A stretch of 64,000 nucleotides of DNA from Guillardia theta CCMP2712 (lineage: Eukaryota; Protista; Cryptophyta): contig NW_005434650.1 in the NCBI RefSeq assembly GCF_000315625.1, positions 68,736 through 132,735 on the forward strand, in the 5' to 3' direction. The translations under genes and the position numbers were made by a program. The notes beneath the pieces were generated by a model. That model was given only the letters and a program-made list of their open reading frames with translations, did not search any database and was not told the origin of the DNA. Shown piece by piece: positions 37,161-48,397 of the stretch (positions are counted from its first letter, which is position 1; every line of letters begins with the position of its first letter).

Positions 37161-37220
37161 AAACTTTGAAACTTTGAAACTTTGAAATGTTGAAATGTTG
37201 AAATGTTGAAAATGTGGAAA
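37161..37220. repeat. Drifting 8-bp tandem repeat (ACTTTGAA to ATGTTGAA) upstream of ERCC1
   Basis: aaactttgaaactttgaaactttgaaatgttgaaatgttgaaatgttgaaaatgtggaaa. Confidence 0.85.
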
Positions 37221-37400
37221 CAAGCGAATGCGAATGTATGGCAAAAATGGCAGGAGGTAGAGGGGAGGGGCAGGGAGGGGAAGAGCGCGCGAAGGGATAA
37301 AGAACGAAGATGACGACTGATAGAAACAGAATCGACTGGAAGGATTACCCACAAACCATGATGAACATGCTCTAGGCGGAACAACAACTATTCTCGTCCC

Positions 37401-38594
37401 ATGTCTTTCGCCCTAGATTTCTCTTTCCTTTCCCAGAGTGCTCAGGTTTCAGGAAGCGACAAAGACCAGCAGGACCTGCAGTCAGCTGCTAAGGAAGAAT
37501 CAGCAGAAGCTCCTCAATCTTCTGGAAATGGAGATAATCCAAGAGCTTTATTCCATACTCCTGATCCTCCCCCACGAGAACAGACAGCAGATCCAAATGG
37601 TGCAATCTTTCCAACAGACCAGATAGGATGGAAAGATGATTATGTAAATCAGAGCACTCAGATGTCTCTGACAAGCGATGATGGGCAGCAGAATCCCGGC
37701 TTGTTTCAACATCGCCCTGCTGGAACAAACTTTGAACGAGCTTTTGCGCATATCCAAGTTCCAACCTCTCGAGCGGGGTTGCCCCCGAGTCAACCGTCTG
37801 TCGGTGTGAACGCAAAAGTGAAGACTCACAATCCTCGAGCTGTGCTCGTGAGCAGGAGACAGGCAGGAAATCCTCTCTTGAAGTTCATCAGGAATGTTCC
37901 GTGGGAGCATGCGGACATTCTAGCAGACTATCAGATGGGGTCTCAAACTTGCGCGCTGTTCCTGAGCGTTCGATTTCACCTCCTCAAACCTAAGTACATC
38001 TACAGCAGGATGGAACAGCTTCAGACGGGATTCAAGCTGAGGGTTCTCATCTGCCACATCGACACTGAGGACAGTCAGAAGACGCTTACAGACATTCACA
38101 AGGCAGCCATCCTCAACAACTGGACCTTGATCCTCTCCTGGAGCCCCGAGGAGTCTGCGAGGTAAGAGCATGGCACACGCTTGCGATGTGACTCGGACGA
38201 TGCAGATATCTCGAGACCTACCAGACTTATGAGCACAAGCAGGCAGACTCGATCCAGGAGAGAGTAGAAGGGGACTACATGTCAAGACTGACAGACGTGC
38301 TGACCAACGTTCGATCAGTGAACCGGACAGACGTAGCGAATCTATCGACGTCTCTTGGCTCTCTCGCCAACATAATGACTGCATCCCGAGAGCGGCTGGC
38401 CCTTTGTCCCGGTCGAGATTGCTCGCGGTGTCGGAGCACGAGTTGATGGATTGTGAAGGTGTGGGAGAGAAGAAGATTCAAAGACTCTTCGAAGCCTTCA
38501 GAGAGCCGTTCCGGCAGGTCGAGCAAGACAGATTGGTCATGGTCGTGGCTGACATCGCCTACAGGTCAAAAAGCCGAAGACTGGAGGATCATAG
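37401..38594 (+). CDS. ERCC1: DNA excision repair protein ERCC1/Rad10
   Basis: VSRRQAGNPLLKFIRNVPWE, DYQMGSQTCALFLSVRFHLLKPKYI, WSPEESARYLETY, and the HhH region VRSVNRTD...LALCPG..GEKKIQRLFEAFREPF. Confidence 0.97.
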
Positions 38595-38658
38595 CTTCCT
38601 TCTCGAAGTGAATTCTTTCATCGGTCCAAAAACACTTGATTGATTTGTGAATACATGT

Positions 38659-41000
38659 TCATGCTATTGTCGCCTTGTGCCTGAAGTTTCTTTCGTGCTT
38701 TTCTGGTTCTGAAGGCATCAGACTGTCCATCAGCAATCCCATCTGCCGTTTGAAGTGCAATGGCCCGTCGCACTTGCTCAGGAGGTCTATGTCTATAGGG
38801 TCAAAACTGGTCAAAAGCTCCTGCGGGGAGGGTTCAGGTAGAAACAGCTCAACTCATCACATCGCAGTCGTCCTCACCTCCTCGAGATCCTGAAACTCTT
38901 GTTTGTCTGTGTCAACAGCAAAGTGAAAGACAGGATCTGACCATCGTCCCTCGGTCAGGGCGACACGAGTTACGAGGATCGTCCTGTGAGACGTGAAATA
39001 AACATAAAGTTGAAACAGCGAGAAGAGAAGCCTCTGCTGTGCAAGCTCAAAGCTGTCTTCTTGGTGCGCGTGGCTGGATATCATGTACAAGGGTTGTTCT
39101 GGTATCAGAATGTCGTCTTTGTATGAGTGGAGGACAATCGACTCGCCCGTGAAAAAAGTTTCAACATGCTGGCTCATGATGTGAAAGATGAATCTTCTCT
39201 TGAACGTGACCTTGCTAGTCTCTGATGATCGGATCTGGTTGAACCTCTCCGCCAGTGCTTCACCAAAGAAGTGATTTCTTGCTGTACATGACATGCCAAA
39301 TTCGCACTGTCCGCTCGCAACCGCCCACAGAACAAAGATTTCGTCCTTGGAGAGATCGAGGAGGAAGTGGAAGGAGCTCTCGACAGGCGATGTTGGGCTC
39401 AGCAGCTTGACGCGTACTTGGGAGGTGTGGAAACTGTCAGGCTCGAAACGATACTCACTGCGGAAGGCAGACTCAGTGGGACAGTCGTCAAGCCGCGATG
39501 AGACTTGCTGGAGCGAGAAAGCTTTTCTCCCCCACATGTCAAGATCTGCAACACATGATGACAGAAGCCTCATCAACCTCCTCAGCTACCTCCAGAGATG
39601 TCTTCAACCCGCAACAGCCAAGAGAACACAAGTCTGTTGCTGCAACTTCCCATCATCTCATCGCGCAGTAGCTGCATGCAGCGTACCTCTTGCTCCTGAC
39701 TGGTGTCGTGGCGTTGAGCTCGAGCACAAAGGGCTGAACGTCCTTCAGCACAAGAGCATGTAGCTCTTCCTTGTCCTGGGCATTTGCGCCAGCGCTCAGC
39801 AATGCGAGCAAGCGTTCTTCTGTGCTGTTCTGCTTGCTCGGAGACGGGCTGACGCCAGACTTGTTGGGCTCCAAGCTCCACAGGAACGAGAGCATGCCCT
39901 CCTCGCCCCGATCCTGCGGCAAGTCAACACTCCTTCCTTGCCATACGCCTCATCGCTCTTCACCGCTCGTCCTCCTATCTTCTTCCTAGAAGCAAGAGCA
40001 GGTTTCTTCCAGACTCCAGGGAACACAACCCTCGGGCGATACAGCAGGAGCCTCCCTCGTGTGAATCTCAACGTGAACAGCGAGAAAGCAGTGGACGCGT
40101 CTACTCCTGCCTTCTTGTCCTCTACCTGCAGCCTGAGGTAGGAAGGGACAGCAGTCTCCACCTGTCCTGCAGTCACACACGGAGCAGCCACATGGAGTAT
40201 CGGACCACAGCAAGAGGAGCGTCGGGGCGGCTTGTGAGGATCAGAGCGTATCGCAGCACGAACCGAAATGGCTGGAAGCAGGAAGAGAAGCTCGGGCGAG
40301 AGGAGAAGGCTGCCGCGCAATGTCTTGCGATCTCATTGGCCTTGATCGAGTCGAAAGCGTCCTCCTCTTCCTCCTCAGAGGCGCTCAACAGAACTCTCAT
40401 CACCTTCCTCTCTCCGAAGATCCATTCCTCTTCCGTACCCTCGTCTCGCACCACATACCTTGGATGTCGCTGCTCCTGCTCTTCTACTTGATCCTCCACC
40501 ACGATATTGGTCTCACAGCTCCTCCACTGGTTCGTCGGAATATCGTACCATGCTCGCAGTGCTCCTTCCATGGTACCCGACAGAGACAACCAGTCTCCTC
40601 CCCTGCTCTACCCCCTTGCTCTCTGCCTCTCCTCTCCCTCCTCCCTGCTCTCCTCTCCCTCACCTCTACTGCCTGTTGCTCTTGCTGAACCTACCCCTCG
40701 CCTCCTCTCTCCCCATCTCCCCTCCCGTCTGTCTCCTCACTATAGATAGGACAGCCCGGAGGAGGTCCGGTTGCTGCACTTTATCAACTTTACCAGGAAC
40801 GAAATCGGGTGGGGGAAGGCGTGAGGGAGCGAGGGAGGAGGGGGAGCGAGGGAGGAGGGGGAGCGGGGGAGGAGGGGAGGGGAGGAGGAGGGGGGGAGGG
40901 GCAGAGATTGTGAATGCTGGGAGGTATGGATTGCAAGAGATGATATGTGCGGCCTCTAGACTGAGTGACTTCAACGTGCTTTCCTTCGAATTGACCTGAC
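38659..41000 (-). CDS. Protein with degenerate alpha-kinase-like segments flanking ankyrin-like repeats (start uncertain)
   Basis: WYDIPTNQWRSCETNIVVE and ARHCAAAF resemble the eEF2K/MHCK N-lobe. LLSAGANAQD is ankyrin-like. EALAERFNQ...FQLYVYFTSHRTILVTRV...WSDPVFH parallels the alpha-kinase C-lobe. Confidence 0.5.
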
Positions 41001-41253
41001 TGGTTGAGTGTACATCTACTTGCTGATGGTACGAATGAAGATGTGCTGGTGCAAACTGCCTGTATGAGCGATCAGCTACTCGATGAAACTCAAACTTGAT
41101 GTGATGCAAATAAACGTAGAACACAGCTTGCCCCCTAATAGATTGAAAGAGAATTTACTTGAATTATGAACATACACATGTTACAGAGATGGGAAACAAC
41201 CGCTCTTAAGTTCTTATCCCCATATGCGACTCTCCTCGCCATGGCAGTGTCTA

Positions 41254-44200
41254 TCAGAGCTGCAGCGTTCGTCGCTGGTAGGCTCGATGCATGTCCAGAA
41301 GGAGTCCAAGGCAGACGTCGAGGTCTCCCTCAAGGATCCGATCCTGAGCTCTCAAGTCACGGGGGCTCTCGCAGGTGATCCTCACCTCACTGTACAAGTA
41401 AGTGCAGGGCATCGAGCTCTTCTCCCGAAGCTTCGCCAGCGCCTGCTGCTAGTCAGCTCCTCCTCCACCACCACAACCATCTCCTGCTCCTGCTCCTGCT
41501 CCTGCTCCTCCCTCAAGTCTCACAAACCTTCCCAACGTTGTGCCGCTTGCTCGCAGCTGACTTGGGGAGACGAGAGAGGCCTGGAAGATCGTGCTTGAGG
41601 TTCTCGAGGAAAGCGACGAGGTCGCACAGCAGCACGCCATCAGCCTGTCTAGCGTGAGGAACAAAAAAACGCGACTGAACTGAGGACGAGGGGCCATGGC
41701 AGCGAAGCAAGAAGGAGAGGAGGAGAGGAGGAGAGGAGGAGTGACACTTACCATGATCTCGTTTAGTCGCAAGTCATGACTGCGAAGCATTTCTCGTTTC
41801 CAGTGCTTCAACTACAACAAGTTTGAGATGTGAGGTGGGCACATGTAAGCTCACAGGAAGGCTTGATATCCATCGTGACAGTGCTCGGATAGTCTTCTCC
41901 TGCTTCTCTGAACTGGTAGATAAGATTTCAGACACGTGTGGCGGGTCAAGTCAGTAGATATTGACATGGCAGGGCCCTGTTCCTCCTCCTCTGGCCCGGG
42001 AAGCGAGCTGACTGCTGGTTCCCTCGGAGCTCGACTGACAGGCTCTTTCCGATCGATCAACTGCAGGACGTAAGAGGAGGAGAAGCGTCTTCGATCTTCT
42101 CACCTCCGGTCCAAGTTTTCTCTTCCCTCCTCCTTTAGACTCCTCAGTCGAGATTTCTTCTTGCTGATTCTCTTGCTTAGCCTCTCCTTCTCGTCGCTCC
42201 CCCCTCGTCTCCTTCTCCTTCTCCTTTCCCTTGCATGCTTGCAGAGCTTGATGCCCCTCCCGCCCAAGATAAGGAAGAATCTCTCCTCCTTCACCGTAGA
42301 ACCTCCTGCTCAAGGGTCAGCGCAAGGCCGAAAGCCAGCGGCTCCTCCCACTTGTCGGGTTTGATCCCTTCATGGCATCGCATCAGATCTTCGAGCAATC
42401 CTGCAGAGATCTGAGTAGAAACTGGAGGGAGAGCAGGAAGAACAGCATTGGTAGAAGTAGTACAAGAGAGGAGGAGGAGGAGGAGGAGTGATACCAAGAA
42501 CGACATCGCGCTCTCCTCGAAGGATCCTGGGGACAAGATCAAGGCGGCAGTGCACGTGCGAGACTTGTTGGATGCTCAGAAGGCTCTCGAGCACGCGGGT
42601 CAAGTTGTTGCTCGCAACCTAAGGGAGGTGAACGGAACGCACAGTCTCTCAGCCTTTCACCTTCTCAGTCTTGACCTGCCGGCAGATCAGAGGGAGGAGA
42701 TTCCGCCCCGTTGCAGCAGTCACTGCAGGAGCGTCATGGCAGGTTTGCGTCAAGGTTCAAGTCTTGCCGATCTCAGCAAGGAGGACGCCAGTCTTGATGG
42801 AGGGAAGCAGCATGTCGATCGACAGGTCCCCCGACTCAGCTGCTTGCGTGATGCTGCTGGCCTGTGGGAGAGATGGCAGTCAGGTCGCCTGCTCCTCCTC
42901 TCCCTCCCCCTTCCCCTCCCGCTCCCTCACAATCTGATCATGCACACTCGAGCTCAGGCACAACCGCTGGAGCCAAGCCATGAGAGCCTGCGGCAGATGT
43001 AACGCACAAGATGTAATGCACAAGATGAAGCAAGGCGAGGAGGAAGAGAGGAGCAAGTGGGAGGATTGAGAACAGGAGGAGCAAGTGATGCGACAACCAT
43101 CTCGAGCATCGCGCTATTCTTGAGACTGTAGGGAAGGCTCCAGGCTGCGCTGACCCTCTCTTGCTCTGATCGGATCTGCTCCTTTGCTCCCCTCCTCCTC
43201 GTCTCAAAGTTCCGAGACTTCGCAAAGGTCCACAGGATCCGCAGCAACACCTACGACAGGGTGAGGGAAAAGGAGAGGGAGAGACAAACTTGCCTGCGTC
43301 TCTCCCTCGAGGATCTTCTCTACCGCATCCTTCCACCTTCCCCTTCCTCGATCGAACAGAGTATCTAACGATTCTACAAGAGATCAGGACCACAACCAGC
43401 AAGAAAGAGACCTACTGAGAAGATTTTCTCGCGCCTGCTGCAAGCTCCTGGGCTTGTCGAATTTCCTCCTCGATCCTTCCGGCTCCAGAGCATCGCAAAC
43501 ACTCCACAGGAGAAAGCCGTTTCTCACGGGGTCCTCGAAGATAGAGGAGGAGGAGACGCTCGTCAGCAGATCCTGGTCTACAACGCAAGGAGCATGACGG
43601 ACGATGCTTGTAGCATCGATCTTCATGTCTCTGAGCCACTGCACCAACCGCACGCTCTCTGACTTCGAGAGTTTCCTGCTGCATGGCTGATGAGAAACTT
43701 CAAAGGGCGACTGATGCTCTCACCCCATCTCTTCGACTTGTTCGATCTCGTCTACCTGCTCCTCCTTCGCCTCCCTCTCTCTGTCGTGTGGTCTGCGCGG
43801 ACCGGAGGTGAATGTTTCTTCATCGCGCTCCGGAATCTGTCTAGGGTTGAAGGAGTCGAAGATATCCCCAAGGAGACCTGCCAGAGCTTCTCAGGTCCTC
43901 TGCTTCATCCCATCCTCCCTCCCCTCACCCTCAGCCGCCTCTGGATCCTCATCAACTATCTTCTCCGCTACAAGCAGCCGATCAGAGGTTCCTTGTCAAC
44001 ACACAGCAGACTTACCGGACCACAACCACCTGCTCCTCATGCTCGAGTGACTTCGAAGCACTTCAAGCGCCTTCATGAGGATGGTGAGGACAGGGAGGAG
44101 GATGTTGTCAACTTCACCTGCTCGACGTTGTGCAGCCTGCTTGCTCGCTTCTCAGCCTTCTTGAGAACTCCCTTCATGGACACTTTGGGGAACAGGACGC

Positions 44201-45122
44201 GGACCAGCAAGCAAAGTTTCCATCCATCACGGAGAGAGCGAGCTATCGCATGCTCTTCAAAATCTTCTTCACCATCCACCAACTCGACCCCCAATGTTCT
44301 CGTCCATCTCACGACCTTCTTTGCCTGCGGGATGCTTTCCTTGCTCACTCGCCATGGCTTCTCCGGTGCAGGTTGGCGGCGAGAAATCGCGAGCCTTTCC
44401 TCCCTCCTCGCAACAGTCACCAGCCTGGGATCCACAGACTTGTGGAGGTTGCCAAGGGATGGTTTCATAGCGGCAAGGGAGTGAGACGATAAGGAGGAAC
44501 GCTCTATCCTTGGATTTTTGGGCTGAGGGGAAAAGAGCATGCGAAGAGGGGGTGTCGGTACAGGAGCGAGCCTCGGCTGATTGATGGAAAAGAGGAGGCT
44601 ATCAGGCTGAAAGCTGCTCAAGCTCGTTCTACTGCTCTCATCGACGACTTGTTCCAGTCTTCCCGTGCTCAGGCTCAAGTTGTCAAATCCTGGGAAAGGA
44701 CCATCGCCGTAGAGGAAGCGGAGGAGACAAAAGATCCAAGTGAGACTCGAGTGGAACTTCTGGTCAGCTGCTCGGGCCATCGCTTCCGTCTCCAGCACAT
44801 ACCGACCAATGGCGCGAACGACCGTGCAGATTCTCTCAGATGAAGGAGAAGCATTTCCCTTTGAGAAGAAGGAATGGAGATCATCGCAAACCATCACGAT
44901 CACGTCTCTTGGATAGGTCCTGTCTGTAGGAGCATCAGCACCATCATGCTTCAGCACGAAAGCGGCGACGTCTCTTAGAACCTGAAAGCTATTCAATTTC
45001 CATTCATGCAGCAAAAGGTGAGAACATACGGAGCCGTCAAGCAAATCTTGGACGCTGTTCACAAGGACAGTTGATTTCAGATCCAAGGAGTTGAGCCAGG
45101 CAACCAAGCTTCCTTCATCCAT
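41254..45122 (-). CDS. Multi-calponin-homology (CH) domain protein
   Basis: Repeated CH signatures: LVAWLNSL...QDLLDGSV; VVRWTRTL...SLRDGWKLCLLV...LHNVE; LVQWLRDM...VRNGFLLWSVCDAL...ARENL; NNLTRVLESL; ILEGDLDVCLGLLLDM. Confidence 0.7.
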
Positions 45123-45313
45123 CTCTGTCTTCTATCCTAGAGCATCTACCGTTGTCGATCATGACTTACATCGAGCTGATGTGACTTCGTTGACATCGAA
45201 AGCAAGTGTGTGCAGGAAACTTGAATCCTTAGCGATCTATGAGATCTTCAAACCTAGTCCATCAAGTACGGTCAGTTTCTTTGATAGAATGAATAGAGCT
45301 CATCGTTGAAGCA

Positions 45314-45393
45314 TTCCCTTCCCTTCCCTTCCCTTCCCTTCCCTTCCCTTCCCTTCCCTTCCCTTCCCTTCCCTTCCCTTCCCTTCCCTTCCC
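45314..45393. repeat. Perfect (TTCCC)16 array, i.e. (GGGAA)16 on the minus strand
   Basis: Counted directly, 80 bp. Confidence 0.97.
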
Positions 45394-45988
45394 TTTCATT
45401 GTCATTCGCACGCCTCATTCAAAATGACTAATCGTTATGATAATGATCCATTTGTAACGGTCAATGCCACCTGCCAACTTAGAGAGCGGCCCGCCTCGGA
45501 TTGCAAGTTTACTCAAGTATTTGCCAGAAATAGAAAATTCAGGCCCGCCTCATCTAGCATCGGAGGAACCGATTGTCGAGGCCCAATCTCCAAGGGTCTG
45601 AGATTATCTAAGTGAGGTAAAGGAGATAAAGCAGAAGCAGGGAGGACGAGCCTGAGCGAGGTGGGGATTCGTCGAGTCACCGAAAAATGTTGGCAGCGCC
45701 TTTCCGCCAGTGAAGGGGAGGAGCAGGAGGAGCGAGAGGAGAGAAGAGGAGGAAGGCGAGGTAGAAGAAAGAGAATAAGGTGAACAAGAACAACAAGCAG
45801 AGAGCGAGATAAGAAGTAAGACGACCAACAGTCCAAGCAGCATACAGTTTCTTCGTTGATACCCCTGACAAGTCTTGCCTCCTTGAATCTGGTTCTTCCA
45901 GCCGTGTTGTGTCCATCAAACTAGCCTTGTACATTTCATCTCTAGGTCTATCAGTTACTGACGCGAGGAACAGCTGCAAGCTCAGTTT

Positions 45989-48342
45989 ATGTACGTCAGA
46001 GGGATGAGTGGTGGAACATTTGACTCGCAGCGCGAAGAGCGCATACCGGTGCTGCAGAAGGCGAAGAGAGGAAAGAGCACCATGGAGAAGGAGCTGGGGG
46101 TTGAGTACAAGCAGTATGGCTTCGACATGCAATTCATCAAGAGATGTCGGCGCATCTACTCGATCGCTCTCCCCCCGCTCATGAGCGGGGAGGCGGCGCT
46201 GGTCGGGCTCCTGCTGTTCATGATCTTCCCGCCGATGATCACTCAGTTCCTCTTCGCCATCCTGCCCGGCTGGACCATGAAGACTCTTGTCAGCAGGAAC
46301 CTGGCGGGCTTCCTCTACACGACCTGCATCACCGCGGCCGTGGCCGCCCTGGACTGCATCATGGGGGGCCTGAATTTCTTCCTTTCTCTCTACATCTCAG
46401 TTCGGCTGCGTCGGAGGTTGACCCTGTACCTGCAAGATCGCTACCTGTCCAACAAGCAGATCTACTACCACATGACCCAGCACTCCAACCTCGTCGACAA
46501 CCCCGACCAGCGCATCCAGAACGACGCGGCGCAAGTGACAGTCGGGCTAGTCACCCTGCTCTGTATCATAGTCAGCTCGCTGCTGCAGATCTCGGTTTAC
46601 ACATGCTACGTCACGTACGCTGTCGGGTGGCACGGGACGTTGATGGTCTACTTCTACTACGCTGTCACTGCTGTCATCAACAAGCTGCTCATGAGCCCCA
46701 TCGTTGCTCTCACCTACAATCAGGACAAGCTGGAGGGAAACTACAGGTTCCATCATGCTCGGGTGCGAACAGGAGCCGAGGCGATCGCCTTCACTGCGGG
46801 AGAGGAGGAGACGAAATTTGCATTGAGCGAGGATTTCAGGAAGGCTCTGAAGAACCAGACAGCTCAGATTTTCAAGCAGTCCTACCTCAACTTGTTCACC
46901 GGCTTCATCGGCAATGGAAACGCCATGCTCGGCTATTGCATCGCTGCGATCTCAATCTTCACTCAGCCGCAATACGAGAAGTATTCAGCTGCAGACCTCG
47001 CAGAGTCGATCACGCAGCTGACGAGCGTCATCGGAGGCCTCACTGGATCCTTCACCGCCCTGGTCAATGCTGCTCCTCTAGCTTCCAACTTGGCAGGAAA
47101 TGCTTCCCGTGTTGGGCAGATGTTGGAGTTCATGGACGTCATGGAGGCAGAGAACGAGCGGAGCGGTCAGCATCTCTTCGGGGAAGCGCCTCCCCCCGCT
47201 CATAGCAAGGCCTCCAAGAACGAGCTGCTCCGGCTTGAGAGCTTGACCTGCCGCCTGCCGCATGGTCGCCTCATCGTCTCTAACCTGGACCTTGTGGTGG
47301 AGGAGGGGCGGAACCTGGTGATCCAGGGGCCCAGCGGTTGCGGAAAGACGTCGCTGCTCAGGTACATTCGGGGGTTGTGGCACCTCAAGCGCGAGCAGGG
47401 GAGGGTTATCTCGCTTCTCCCCCTGGGCACGGGAGGGGTCATGTTCCTGCCTCAACGGCCCTACGTGTTTGCGGGGTCCCTCCAGCGCCAGGTGAGTCTG
47501 TGTTGAGCGCTCGGGCGGGAGAGAGCTGAGAAGCGCTCAGATCACTTACCCTCGGGACGACCCGTACACCCCTGAGCTGTCATGGGAAGATGAAGGAGCC
47601 GGACAGGTTCGTGCAGGCAGAGGAGAAACAGGAGGAAGAGGAGGATATAAGAAGGAGGAAGAGGAGAAGGCGGAGGGAGGGGTACAAGGGGGGTGACGAT
47701 GATGAGAAGGCTGACGAAGGGGCAGGTAATGAGCTGGATGGATGCACTTGATTTGGGACATCTTGTAACTCGCGCGGATGGATGGAATACGATCCAGCAG
47801 TGGCATGACCTGGTATGCTCTCCTCTTCCTGCCTCTCTTCTCTCTTCTCTCTCCTCTCCCTCTCTTCTGAAAGCTCTGTAGCTCTCTCTCGGCGAGCAGC
47901 AGCGGCTCAGCATCATCCGCCTCCTCTACCACAAACCCGTCCTCGCCATCCTCGACGAGTGCACCTCAGCTCTCAGGTACTGCTGTTCTAGAGGTTTAGA
48001 GGAAGGAGAAGGATAGGAGGAAGAAGTGAAATGTGATGGTGAGGAGGAGGAGGAGGAGTAGCTCTAAGAGAAGAGGACGAGGGGAGAGAGAGCTTGTGTT
48101 GGAGGAGGAGGAGGAAGACGGGGAGGAGGAGGATGATGAGGAGACAGAAGATGAAGACGTGTCGAAGATGATATGACGACTCATGCAGCACGGATACGGA
48201 GGAGCTGATCTACAAGATGCTCATCGACCATGGAATCACTTTCGTCAGCATCGCACATCGGCCGACAGTCATGCGCTTCCACGAGCGGACGCTGGTGCTG
48301 GATGGGAAGGGAGGGTGGGAGCTCAGGGAGGTTTCTTCCTAA
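45989..48342 (+). CDS. ABC subfamily D half-transporter, ABCD4-like
   Basis: VDNPDQRI; EAA-like [22 protein letters not shown]; Walker [10 protein letters not shown]; FLPQRPY; signature LSLGEQQR; Walker [10 protein letters not shown]; SIAHR. Confidence 0.92.
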
Positions 48343-48397
48343 GGTTGTAAATAGCAAATGCCCATCTGTTGTCTCGAGCCGCTCAAAGGAGAAACTT

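Noticed and set aside
42448-44484. Plus-strand ORFs 42448-43002 and 43690-44484
   Set aside because: They are antisense to the multi-CH gene, whose motifs are on the minus strand.
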